From Antedon mediterranea (lineage: Eukaryota; Animalia; Echinodermata), in assembly GCF_964355755.1 (NCBI RefSeq), contig NC_092675.1, positions 2,537,812-2,601,811 on the forward strand: a stretch of 64,000 bases of DNA. Direction: 5' to 3'. The notes below the pieces were generated by a model. The model searched no databases. It saw nothing but the letters and a program-made list of their open reading frames with translations, and was not told where the DNA came from. The position numbers and the translations under genes are program-made. Below are positions 27,651-40,061 of the stretch, one piece after another (the first letter of the stretch is position 1; every line of letters begins with the position of its first letter).

Positions 27651-28327
27651 TTAATTAACAGTATTGCATTTTACATAAAATGTACCAAAAATAATTCAAT
27701 CAATTAACGAGAACTCCACTGCATTCATGATTAAAGCTTCTTAAAAAGGCCATCTTTACGTCAGCATGACGTAGTTAAATATTGATTCCTTTTACCTTAA
27801 TTAATGTCGGTCTCTAATTAACCCGGTTGCTTTTATTACCTTCTAATAAAATATTTCATTTATTGCAAGTGGCAATTTAAAAAAAAAGCTACCATTGAGA
27901 CTAAACACAACATGATTAAAACGTATGTCTGCTTACTGAGACCAGTGTAGCATACATTGTTTGGAAATTCCTGTACTTTGCTGGTTAATGTTATTTGTGA
28001 ACCTGAAAAACATATATTGATGAGGAAAAATTAGACAGCTGTCGACTCACTTTACCTGCTTTATCTACTGTCAGAATGAAGTCGAATCATATCTCTGATG
28101 CATTGCTAAATTATGATGTGAACCCTCAGAGCAAATTACTTTTTTTCATTTATCCAAAGTGTATACACCATCAAATATAAATGTATGTGTACATAGAATA
28201 GACAATGATTTTTTTTTAAAGTATTTACACGTTTTGTACGTTACGAAATGTATGCTTTAAACAAATGTTCAAAAACTGGAAAATTATTGACACAGTTGAA
28301 AGAAATTCTACAAAAGACACCGTTTTT

Positions 28328-28568
28328 AAGCTCTTTCTACAATATCAAACTAGTTTGACATGTGCCCAAATATGGTAGTGACATGCTCAAATATGGTAGT
28401 GACATGCTCAAATATGGTAGTGACATGCCCAAATATGGTAGTGACATGCTCAAATATGGTAGTGACATGCTCAAATATGGTAGTGACATGCCCAAATATG
28501 GTAGTGACATGCTCAAATATGGTAGTGATATGACATCATCATAACGTTTGATAGTGTAAACCGGGTAA
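28328..28568. mobile_element. MITE (AGCTCTGTCTACACTATCAAAC family) with internal 21-bp minisatellite
   Basis: Ends match copies at 39132-39262 and 51904-52067; 8 copies of TGC[C/T]CAAATATGGTAGTGACA at 28363-28528. Confidence 0.8.
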
Positions 28569-28711
28569 CAGGGTTTACAAACGTTTTAACGTTTTATAAC
28601 ACGAGAAAAAAAAAGAATAAAACGTAGGACAGAGAAACTAACATTGAAATTAGAAATGTAGTTAAAGAAATAATTTAAACTTACATGTAAATAACAATAA
28701 AAAGATCATTA

Positions 28712-28786
28712 TTTTTAGTCGCGTGCAACCCGACTCTATAGCTCACTATGTCGGTCGGTTGGTCGGTCGGTCACACGCGACTGTTT
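28712..28786 (+). mobile_element. Minimal HINE-like element
   Basis: TTTTTAGTCGCGTGC...(GTCG)n...CACGCGACT. Confidence 0.6.
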
Positions 28787-29792
28787 AATATTTTATTTAT
28801 TTATTTCAGCGTCGTAGGCCCCATACAATGTTGTTGAGTCTAGTAATGTATAACTGAACATTCTTTGAAACATAAATCGACTGGTGTTTTTTTGCTACAG
28901 GCAAACAGACAATGATACTACAAAACATTATGACAAACAGAGAAATCGTCCCACTTTCATCGAGTAAACTTTTGACAAAATATCAGGTCAATAATCATAT
29001 TTATATCAGAAAAGTTAGCTGTTAGCTGTATGACTGGGATGGGAGTCAGTTTTGGCTTAGAGAGTCTGGACGAAGCTTTAATCTTGTTTCCCGATGATTT
29101 AGTTGCACACACAACTTACTAATGCAACTTCGTCTGTACCAATAAGATACATGAAAACAATTATGAAAGGAAATGGGGTAACAACACCTCTAAAGACAAA
29201 TTTACTTTCATTAAACGTATAACGTACTTTTTACGGTGTCTTTCGATTTTGCTTTCAAAAGAATTTAGATAGTGTTATCAATTATTGACTCTCACAATTG
29301 ATGAAGCACACCTACTGTCATTTGATGTTTTTATTTCACCTCTATTAAAATGCAGCATTGTTAGTATTTTATCAAACAATTTGACAGATAAGCAATTTAC
29401 TAAACAAATTATGTGTTAACGGAAATACTTATGGACAAATACAGGTTATACTAGGCTGACAATGATGTAGTAGATGATTTCGTAATACCTTACGTGACAA
29501 ACGAGTAAAGTATTGCCTACATCTAAACGTTATCGGCTTATCCAAAGAAACCATACTCATGTGTATATTCACCCTACAGGGATGACCCAGGAGTACCTGC
29601 ATTATGACATGACAATTCTGTTATCTACTAGTTATGCTAGTGTGATGCATCCTTCAAAAGTCAAATAAACAAACTCACGAATATAATATACAAGACTAGA
29701 GATATTTTGCACCCCGCATCGACTCGACTATTACTCATCTTTGGCAAGTTGTATTGCAATCAATGATGAAATACCAAATAAAATACTTTAAT

Positions 29793-30177
29793 GCATGGAA
29801 ATCAGCAAACACCAGATACGAAAATACTTTTCAATAAATACTTAATCTTGAATACAATTGTGAACTTACTTAATGATCGTGGACATTATGAAATCTTCGC
29901 ATGATCTTTAAGTCTATAGTAACAAACTAAGATATCCACTCAACAAATACTTAATTAATCTCTCTCTTCTTACACAACTATCCTATACCATACATGGAAA
30001 TAAGCAAATACAGTTTATGACGAAATACCCAATTGTGCATACTAAATAATATAGACCTACCTACTTAATCATAATGAGCGTGGACATAATGAAATCTTCG
30101 TATGATGTTTAAGCCTATAGTAATAAACAAACAAATATATTAACTCGAATACATAATCAATAATTACTCTCCTCTTG
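29793..30177. repeat. Diverged tandem duplication, about 200-bp period, 2 copies
   Basis: CATGGAAAT.AGCAAA and CGTGGACAT.ATGAAATCTTCG.ATGAT.TTTAAG.CTATAGTAA each occur twice about 200 bp apart. Confidence 0.75.
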
Positions 30178-30450
30178 TACCATACAATGGTAGGGATGGT
30201 AATAACAACAGCATTATGACGTCATCAAACACAGATTACTTCAACTTAGGTACAATAATTCCGTTTATAATTCCAACTACTACCGATAGAATTTTGGCAA
30301 ATCTATCAGTCATTACGTAATCTATGTCATTCTAATTGGTGACCCGTTTAGTACGGTAAGTCCAAATGGGTATTTTCTATACTCCCATTCACTGCATATG
30401 GATGGTTTTGCCGACGTTTACATTTTCTCCTTAATCTGTATAACGTCTTA

Positions 30451-31371
30451 GGGCCTGTTTCTGCTGAGCAGAAATAATCGATTATTAACCGTTTATTTTT
30501 TTAATCGATTATTTTTGGGCAGCAGAAACGGCGCAAAATAAAATAACCGTTTAAAAATAACCGATTAAAAACACTCAATCCATTGCGTGTTTTAATCGAT
30601 TATTTCTTGTTTTAACCGATTATTGCGGAGCAGTTTTGAGCTGCAACACAAATAGCGATTATTGACCTCACTTTGACCTCTAGAGTATGACAAACTTATT
30701 CACGTCACAAAGCATGCTGTTTATTTGCGCGATATCGACGACGATCAGCAAAACCACGATCGCGATGTAGGGTAGACCGAATAACAATCAAATGTTAAAC
30801 ATTTGATTTTTATTATTTTGTGGGGGAGAATTATACCGAGAGACTCCGGGATTCTGTGTTACAAGTACACCCGTTACATACCACCAGTTCAGGCTAACGA
30901 TGTTTTACATGTCATTTGTTAGGCCTGTTGTCTGTTGACTTGTTTCGGCAGAAATATATAGCCTCTAGGCTAGGCCCTAGCAGGCCGAAGGTAGAACCAA
31001 CGAACGGCGAAACGAACTTTTTTCGCCGACGTGTCCTTATTAATATAACATCATTATTCTGTTGTATGTGGTACGGTAGTAGGCCTAGATGTTTATTTTA
31101 CAAATAATATAGCTTTACGTAAGAGTAATTTTTAATCGTAGGTCTACATGTGAGAGTTTTAGGCAGCGATAGGATGTAAACAAACCAACTCTCATCGGCC
31201 TTTCATAACTTGAACTGCGCTGTGGGGGAATGATGACGTGATTTTAAAAACCGATTACCTGAATAACCGATTAAAGTCGTAGCAATTTTCAATTGCAACG
31301 CGATTATTTTTGTGGTTTGCGGTGACTGGAAAAAATCGATTATTTTTATTTTTTTCAGCAGAAACAGACCC
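30451..31371. mobile_element. 921-bp non-autonomous PIF/Harbinger element
   Basis: TIR GGGCCTGTTTCTGCTGA / TCAGCAGAAACAGACCC (1 mismatch), TTA duplication on both sides, many subterminal AA[T/C]CGATT motifs. Confidence 0.85.
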
Positions 31372-31681
31372 TTATTCTTCAAAATGCCTGCCAAGATTTG
31401 TATTGATCATTGTTATAATAATAAAACAAATGTTTATGTCTTTGAATTGAGGAACTGACTATCTAGTGTCGTCTTTGGATACAGTGGAAAGTTTTCTCTT
31501 AAACGATTCCACTTTTTCTATGGTACTCACTCACATCTAGTCGTTACTTTTCCAAATTTTCTATTTCACATACACACTATACCGTCGTATGTTTTTATAT
31601 TTCGTTCCATTGCTTTCACGTAATATGCTACTCTAACCCAAAAAAAACGCAATATAAATTTGTTGTTATAGTCAAACAATG

Positions 31682-31687
31682 TTTATT
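31682..31687 (-). terminator. Putative polyadenylation signal, cyclophilin copy A
   Basis: AATAAA in context TTG-TTTTGGA-AATAAA that is also present downstream of copy B (38860-38865). Confidence 0.5.
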
Positions 31688-32422
31688 TCCAAAACAATCA
31701 TAATCACTACAACTATAATTCAATTACACTCTTCCAACTCAATGAAAAGTTTCATCAAATTAAATCAATTAATTAAATTGTATAACGCTTAGGCTATATT
31801 CATAACTTAAATTATATAATTTTTCTTGAAATCATGTGGAAAACAAGGTCATAAAGCATATTGGTTGAATGTTTACACAATTATGGCTCATTGAAAGATT
31901 ATCAAACAATCGAGATTTTAAAGAAATGTTTACAAGAACGAGCATGAAAATCAAATTGTTGGATTTTAGTACCGATGAATCATCCATTAGCCATAAAAAG
32001 GAAACTTCTTTAAAAAAAAAAAAAAACACATACTAAACAAAGATGTGTAGTCGCGGTCTTAATTTTAAAGTACAGTATCTTAATTTAAACAAAGATATGT
32101 ATGTGTAAACATTTTGGAAGACTTACAATTAAGTAGTAGGCCTTTTGATAAATCAGTTAATATTAATAAAATACATTAATCGGCTATCTAGATATAATTG
32201 TAATCAATTACTGTATGTCTAAAAAAAACCTATCAACAGTAAGCCGCCTAGTAATAATGTTAATGTGGACCATGGATAGGCCTAGAACTGTTCAGTCTAT
32301 TATGCCTAAATCAAATTGGAATGTAACTGAAGTTTGCCTGAGAAAGACTGCCGGTAAATTATTCGGCATCATTCAATCTAAAAGAATGGAAAATTGTCGG
32401 TAAGCTTAATGGAATAACTAGT

Positions 32423-32587
32423 TTAAGGGTTTTCGGTGGCTGAGTTGTTGGTCAAGTCTAGGCCTTCTGGATGAGGCAAGTGGTATGGCTCTTTAACGGG
32501 GATGACACCGCAATCTGAAACTCGGATGATTCTATCTGGGAAGGCATAATCATTGGTATCTTCATCTACAATTTGATCGACAACATC
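32423..32587 (-). CDS. PPIB: Cyclophilin A-copy coding exon 4
   Basis: [27 protein letters not shown]...NNSATENP*. Confidence 0.92.
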   Translation of the reverse strand, partial: DVVDQIVDEDTNDYAFPDRIIRVSDCGVIPVKEPYHLPHPEGLDLTNNSATENP

Positions 32588-34380
32588 CTGTAGAAAAAAC
32601 CGTATATTTTATTAGTAAATTATTAAATATTATCAATATTTACGAAATGTATCTCAAGAGAATAATTTTGTTATGTCGTCAAACCAAGTATTGCAACTAC
32701 ATTAACGACATAAGCTTAAAGCTACTGTATATGTTTTTGTTTTAAAGAGCCACCTATAGTTGTCTAAAATCTTGCTTGGGTCAGACATGTATCGCGATGG
32801 CGGTAGACAGTATTGTAAAATGGTAAATGGTAAAAATCAAAGCACTTTATTAAACAACCGTCACAAGGAATTTGGCAATGGGAGTGGTAGAAGAAAAATA
32901 ATTAATAGTGCAAAAAGGCATTAAATAAATTAATAATTTGGCAAACCTACCATTCCTTCAATAACTTTTCCAAATACAACGTGTTTGCCATCAAGCCATT
33001 TAGCACTGTTCAATAAGATGAAGAATTGTGAGTTGTTTGTGTCTGTTCCAGCGTTAGCCATTGATACCCATCCTGGTCCCCAATGCCTCAAGTTGAAGTT
33101 CTCGTCGGCGAAATATTCTCCGTAGATGCTTCGTCCTGTAAAGTGTAGAAATTAGGCGCTTAGCACATCATATTAAAAAAACTGATCGATTTGCCCCTCG
33201 ACCTAGTCTGGGTTCCAGACGGAGTTTTGTCTTAATATTAGTAAAAAAATAAATATTTTGGCACATATGGCGTTTCATTCGTATACTACTTTATTTTGGA
33301 TACTCCAAAAAATCGAAATAAAAAAAAAAAAAAAAAAAAAATGATTACAGACTTGGGGCAAGTCTACCCTCGACCTAGCAGACCCCTTTCATTAATTCTC
33401 ATTACCATTGAGAGCAATCGTTTTGTTATTCATTAAGTTTCGTATTATTTTAAGACGCAATTAAATCGAATCTAGACTTATTACAGACAATTAGGCCTAC
33501 ACGCATGCGTACAAGTTGATGTTTAATTATGGCTCCCTTTATTATAAAATAAGGCAGTTGTATGGGATTACCTCCTGTACCATCTCCGTTTGAGATGTCA
33601 CCCATTTGGATTACGAAATCGGGTACCACACGGTGGACAATTGTGTTGTTGTAGCTCATATTTTTCTAAACGGAAAACAAAAATAAACAAATTATTTTTA
33701 AGGAAAGTATACATTTATAAATTCATGTTAAAGTAACAAAATTCAGTCACTATACATTTCATACAAAAAGATCAGATGGGCAATTCAGACTTGTAAAGTA
33801 AAATGTGAAGACCTTAATTCAGTTTTTTTTAAACATAAACTATAGAAGTATATCCGTAATCCTATTATGATCATATAGTGATGAAAGTACGTGAACAATA
33901 ATTCTAAACTAAACATACTGCAACAAACTGCATTTTCTCAGTTTATAATTGGTGGCATAAAACAAAGATAATATTAAAATTGGTTTGACAACAAAACCGG
34001 ACTATTAACAAAACACAATGACAGAAGTCTGATACATTTGAAAGAAAAACATTTAAAAAGAAATTCAGTAATCATACAAGAGCGATTGTTATTCTGTTAC
34101 TACTTACATCTTTTCTCCATCCTCCTCTTGCTAGAGCAGCAAAGTTCTGTACTGTAACTGGGCATGTCTCACCGAAAAGTGCAATAACGAATCGACCAGC
34201 TGGCTCGTCATCAATCTCAATATCAAAGAATACTTTCTTGGTTACAAGTAAATCGTTGGTTCTGTCGCGGTCCGTATCTTCCCATGGTTTTGGTTTTCTT
34301 GCTTTACGTTTCTTAGCATCCACAGAAAGGAATGATGCCACCAGGCAGAGAATTACGCAAATGTAAAGTGTTAACTTCAT
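32423..34380 (-). CDS. PPIB: Secretory-pathway cyclophilin (peptidyl-prolyl cis-trans isomerase B/C-like), copy A, 238 aa
   Basis: Exons 34380-34108, 33665-33572, 33135-32951, 32587-32423 (TAA); signal peptide, [46 protein letters not shown]. Confidence 0.93.
32951..33135 (-). CDS. PPIB: Cyclophilin A-copy coding exon 3
   Basis: [29 protein letters not shown]...[11 protein letters not shown]. Confidence 0.95.
33204..33366. mobile_element. Academ-like non-autonomous DNA transposon with 9-bp TSD
   Basis: TAG...CTA termini with terminal hairpins, perfect CCCTCGACC duplication (33195-33203, 33367-33375); near-identical copy at 63087-63252. Confidence 0.8.
33572..33665 (-). CDS. PPIB: Cyclophilin A-copy coding exon 2
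   Basis: [31 protein letters not shown]. Confidence 0.93.
34108..34380 (-). CDS. PPIB: Cyclophilin A-copy coding exon 1
   Basis: [22 protein letters not shown]...[13 protein letters not shown]; GTAAGT donor. Confidence 0.93.
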
Positions 34381-34920
34381 GATCTGAGGAAAATGAAGTA
34401 TACAAACTCTAGCAATTCTACTTTTGATTTGTTTAACTGTAAATGTTTAAGTTGTAAGTTGTACCCAGATTCTCAAAACGTATACCGGTATGCTTAACAG
34501 TAGGCCTAATTATAGTTTTGTATCATAGAAAGAAAAGGAAGGGTCATATAAGCTATCTGGCGTACCGACCCATAGCATCAAGCAAGTTGTTGGTTAAATG
34601 ATTATATGTTATAATAGTATTAGTAAATAACTGGTTCAGCTACATAAAGTTTGCCTACACTGTGGACTCCTGATAAATCTTTCTAATGATTCTAGGCCTA
34701 AATGAAAAAATGTTATGCCTAAGGTGAATGTATAATCTAGATGCAAAATGGTTTTAGAACACTTATTTATTCGAGAGAGGTTAATACTATTTTATACACA
34801 GATTGTTGGTGTATTTCTGTAGGCCTAAACATACTATATAGTGTTGCACACATTTGACTGAAAAATAAGTATAGTTAGTTTACAAACAACAAGAAAATAA
34901 CGAAACTCCAGGCAGAGCCT

Positions 34921-35080
34921 ACTTACAATATTTTTTCCGATGTCTTGTTTCTTCAATGTCTGAATTAACATGTGATGCCAATACCATGTCATAGCCGGTA
35001 TTTATGTAGGAGATCGGAGCTTACTCGGCCAACGAGGGATCTAAAAGCTGTTGCATTTGCCAACACGACACACGTAGACG
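34921..35080 (-). promoter_or_regulatory. Cyclophilin copy A promoter and non-coding first exon (donor at 34925-34926)
   Basis: Aligns with 42604-42760 of copy B; CATAAATA TATA variant at 34999-35006; GTAAGT donor; acceptor 3 nt before the ATG. Confidence 0.65.
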
Positions 35081-36244
35081 TGTATGTATTTTTGTGAAGA
35101 TTTTGTATTTACATTTGTGACAAAAGATATAATTAGTAGTGAGATAATGAGTCGCTTTTTTGTTCAGATTTTGACATTGTGTATTTGTGTTGATCAAAAT
35201 CATAGACATTAAATGTATATATCCATCCTGTAATTGGCGGGTTACTCGCTGTTGGATGAGTATGAAATAAATAAAAAATAAAAATATTACTGTATACGTT
35301 ATTGCCATATCCATACTCTTATTGTAATTTTGTCCTATCCTTTCTATTTGTTATATAATATATTATTGTATTTTATATCATCTTATGTCTCTTCCTTTTG
35401 GATGAAGTTTACTGGTGTTCTTTCTATTCTATTTACTGAGATAAAATTACTATCAGTTGTAAATAAACTGAAAAGTATTTTTGAAAATGCTCATAAATAT
35501 AATGATTTCACTTTTATAGGCTACTATAAACCAGTATTTATTTCATTTATATAAATATAATATTTCTTCCTCCAAAAGTTAACGAGAATTACAAGATTCT
35601 GTTAAATATCACTCGATTTAGATTTCTTATTTAAGTGACTATTAATTACACTATTATTATTTTAATACAACAATACATTTACAAACAATTATTTACAATT
35701 ACAAATTGAATTAAAAAGACTTAACTTAAAAATTACTTTTAATCCATTTTCATACAGATATTTTGTAATAAGCATCAGACCACTGATGAAGTTGATCAAA
35801 TTGTAATGATAAAAAACATTAGAAAATAACAAAAATGTGATAATGAAAATAGTATGACAATTTTATGTTGATGACATGGTGGTATTAATGTAAATAAAGT
35901 GATGTTTACGCCACAAAAGAGAAACAAAATTCGTAATTTCCGTCATATCCTCTCATTGGCAAATCACTCTTATATAGGCCTACAGTAATTCATAATTTCT
36001 TATTATATATTTCATAATCGAGTTATATACTTCATAATCTCGAAGTATATAATTCATAATCTCGATTTATAATACTTTCTTTTAAAAACAAATACAAGTG
36101 TATGTCTCTATGTACAGTATCGTAAATAATTTGATTGTTACCGTACTGTATTCGTCGACAACAGACTCATTTACCATTCGTCTTTGTTTTCAACAAGGGG
36201 TATCCCTGACTTTCATACCTATTGTCTACCAAACGATTGTTTTC

Positions 36245-36532
36245 AAATCCTCATAACGTGGCTGGTAACACATTTCACATCACAGCCCTAACAAATCCTC
36301 ATAACGTGGCTGGTAACACATTTCACATCACAGCCCTAACAAATCCTCATAACGTGGCAGGTAACACATTTCACATCACAGCCCTAACAAATCCTCATAA
36401 CGTGGCTGGTAACACATTTCACATCACAGCCCTAACAAATCCTCATAACGTGGCTGGTAACACATTTCACATCACAGCCCTAACAAATCCTCATAACGTG
36501 GCTGGTAACACATTTCACATCACAGCCCTAAC
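36245..36532. repeat. 48-bp minisatellite, 6 copies
   Basis: AAATCCTCATAACGTGGCTGGTAACACATTTCACATCACAGCCCTAAC x6. Confidence 0.97.
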
Positions 36533-38859
36533 AACATTTCTCACATGTTTAAAGATATATTGAATGCCATAATAATCATATAATAAAGTTATTCACTTCT
36601 GCAGAAAACTGTATACAAAAAATAATGACTTTACTTATAAATAGACAAAATAAGGTTAACCAAAACCAAATCGGCTCTCTGGCTATTTTTTTTATTCAAT
36701 GTTTTACATGACATTAACATGGCAAATTCAACAAGAAGATTGTATAAAAGATTTTTTTTCAGGGGACATTATCCGATCCTATCTTAAATATGAAAATGGA
36801 AAAACAGGTATAATTATATAGGTAATAGCAGTACGAACATTTTCTCGTAATCCAGTTTTGAGGGGCCATTATTTAATGGGTTTATTGGGCTTTTTTATTT
36901 ATTGCTTTAGGGCCTATATTATTATATTATTTTAATTGAAAGACAGTGTTTTTTCATGTCTTTTTGTAGAAAAAAATAGAATCTATCAATCATAATGTAT
37001 CGAGATAAATGTGTTCCTCAATTCAAAATATCAGTAAAAACAATCCAAAATGTAAATAATACATTTTATTTTATAAGTAAGGGATTCCACATCCTAGTAT
37101 CTTTACATTAAAAATAGAAGATAAATAAATGGGGTTTGATTTGATGGTGTTTATGAAATTAAATGTATATAACATGTTGAAAGTTGAATTTCACACGTGT
37201 CTAAGCCAAAACGAATAATACAAGACAACAGCTGTGTGATTATCAAAGAAAGTCTATTTTTGGTGAAGCATATTTAAAAGCATCTACTTTTGTAGTTATT
37301 CGGGTAATTGAGGTATTTCTTGAGAGTTTCCAAACTTGCTCGTTTCTTTACGAAATAAAATAGGCCTACTATCCGAGAGAATATTTCCTTTTTGTTGATC
37401 AAATTGATCGAAAAGTACTAAAAATGGTACTTACAACGACGATCTGTTGTATCAGCAAAAAAAAAATTCTCTCCTAATATTAGGATCCAAATTAAATTAT
37501 TTGAAGAAATAAAATACATTTATACACAACATTCATTTGTTTGATGCTTAATTTTTCTATTACGCATACAACCTACCACTGGGGACCATGTTAAGTTATT
37601 CTCTCTGGATCCGTTCAGGCTTGGATATATCCGAGTGAGTTAAGCTTGGTTCCCATTGTACGCAATCTTACTAATCAACGACGCTGATAATAGACGCGGG
37701 TAAATAACTAAGCCTGAACAGGTTCTATTTTGCATGAACGCTGCCGTGGACGGTTGTCAACGATGTGCGCTAGTATTATGGTAGGCCTACGAAGAGTATA
37801 CATCATTTGGTTGATGAACAACCATCTTATGAAAAGAAATATTCAAATAATTCACCCAATACTAAACTGAAATACAGTACACGCTGAATTTAATAATCTT
37901 ATAATTCAGTATGTAAATCGTTTAAGTTAAATGTTTACCATTTACCTGGTTCTGCTTGTAATATAATCTATCCTTACAAGTATGAATTGTTGGTTCAACA
38001 CAAAGTTCAGCTGGCCCAGAATTCCTTCGAAATGCCCGCTTCTACCAGCCATATCAAGCGACTTGACGTTGTAACCCAGTGAGGAATTTTGAGCTTACGA
38101 CGGCTTAATACAGTACATTATTATATAATATAGTATATCATAGCATTTTAACAAGGACCATAATTAAATTCACAATATCCCCTTAAATTGTGAAAACACA
38201 AGTGGTTGATGGAGCATACCAACACAGTTCGTTCAGTCAGTTCACGACTATATTGCTGCATAACAGTGTCGTGTCTTATTCTATCAAATTTGCATATTAT
38301 AGAAATGGTGCCTCACGCTCGACTTGAATGCACTATTCAATTATCTATACAATACAACTGCAATGTTTCCTTACATACTTCTTGAAAGAATATTTGATTT
38401 ATTTATTTTATATTGTTGTTTTCGAGTGAGCTGCGAGTACCTTATTATAATTCTCCATCACTGGAATAGGAAAAATAGTCAATTTTTTTTCTATTAATGC
38501 CAAACTTACCAGCCACCATCGAAAAGAGGGAATGTTTTATAATGCTCTTAAGATTGTTGCTCCTGTAAAATATTCTTATTTATAACATAAAGATCAAGCA
38601 AATATTCAACTTTTAAGAAGAAAGATTTCTTTGAACCAATTGAAGTAGTAAAGATAGACTATTATTATTTAATGTTCAATCATATAGGCCTACATGCTTC
38701 TCAAGGGTCACGTTAAATATGCATATTTACTAGGCCTACAGGGAGGCAGGCAGGCAGGCATACAGCACCAACCAATATTTTTTTAGAAAGATCTGTAAGC
38801 GTACTATATGACCAAACCAAATATAAAAAGAAGACAATTTGTTTTAATATTCGTGTACA

Positions 38860-38865
38860 TTTATT
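38860..38865 (-). terminator. Putative polyadenylation signal, cyclophilin copy B
   Basis: AATAAA in context shared with copy A. Confidence 0.5.
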
Positions 38866-39131
38866 TCCAAAAACAACTATTATAATAAACAATCACAATA
38901 TACACATATTTCACAAAACACTTGAGACTTCAATCTAATTCTATTACGATATTCAACATGATAAATGATATAAAGCTGAAATTAAAGAAATCAACTTCGA
39001 TTCTAAAGCAAAACAAACTTTACGGTCCATTTAAAAAAAAATCAAACGAAATTATTGACGGGCTGAATTTCACCAAACCAAAACGAGATAACCTATTTCT
39101 ACCATACATACGACATCTACTAATACACTAA

Positions 39132-39262
39132 AGCTCTGTCTACACTATCAAACTAGTTGATAAAAAAAAGTGCCCAAATGGTAGTGATATGACATCATCA
39201 TGCCCATATGGGACCACATTAATTTTTGTAGACACATAAAGTTTGAAATTGTAGACAGAGCT
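39132..39262. mobile_element. MITE (AGCTCTGTCTACAC family) in inferred 3' UTR of cyclophilin copy B
   Basis: TIR AGCTCTGTCTACA / TGTAGACAGAGCT. Confidence 0.75.
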
Positions 39263-39887
39263 TGTTGGTAACAATACACTATACAACGGGACAATAAAGT
39301 ACGTTTACCTCAATCCAAAAGAAACTTACGACACAAATCAAAATATGTAATTATCAATCAAAAAATAAAAAAAAAATACTGATGAACCCTGTTGAGGTTA
39401 ATAAAATACATCAGTTTACACAATAAATATTTTAAAATACACATAGGCCTACACTACACACACACTATTCACACGAAACATCAATGGTCTATAGACACGG
39501 AACACAAAGGTCTATACACACGGAACATCAAAAGAAATTACAATAGAAATATATGCATCAAACTCCTCAGCCTATATAGGACCTGTTTAGACAATAAACG
39601 AACGACGATAAATAAATACATACACATATTTTCCCTACAGAAAACCGTAAAGAGATCAGAAAAGTGAAACTATTATTTTCAAGGAAGAAAGTATAAATGG
39701 TTTTCCTATAGTTCTAGGATGAAAACTTTTCTTCTTTTTTTTCTGCAGACAAAATGTATATTTATCTGTTTACCGTCGATCGTCTTGTATAAACAAGCCT
39801 TTAAAATTTCACCAGTTAAAATACGCGGCATCAATCAATATAAACATGAATTAACAAAGTGTGAATGAGAGAAATAATAGTATTAAT

Positions 39888-40061
39888 CTAAGGGCTTTCT
39901 GTATTCTCTGTGTCTGTTTTGTTGGTCAAGTCTAGGCCTTCTGGGTGAGGCAAGTGGTATGGCTCCTTAACGGCGATGACACCGCAATCTGAAACTCGGA
40001 TGATTCTATCTGGGTAGGCATATTCATTAGTTTCTTCATCAACGATCTCATCAATAACATC
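39888..40061 (-). CDS. PPIB: Cyclophilin B-copy coding exon 4
   Basis: [27 protein letters not shown]...TENTESP*. Confidence 0.92.
   Translation of the reverse strand, partial: DVIDEIVDEETNEYAYPDRIIRVSDCGVIAVKEPYHLPHPEGLDLTNKTDTENTESP

Noticed and set aside
28362-28544. (MLKYGSD)n ORF
   Set aside because: 21-bp minisatellite inside a MITE
36222-36563. 113-aa repetitive ORF (NPHNVAGNTFHITALT)n
   Set aside because: A 48-bp unit keeps frame by chance; TTG start, no splice context, and the paralogous region is non-coding
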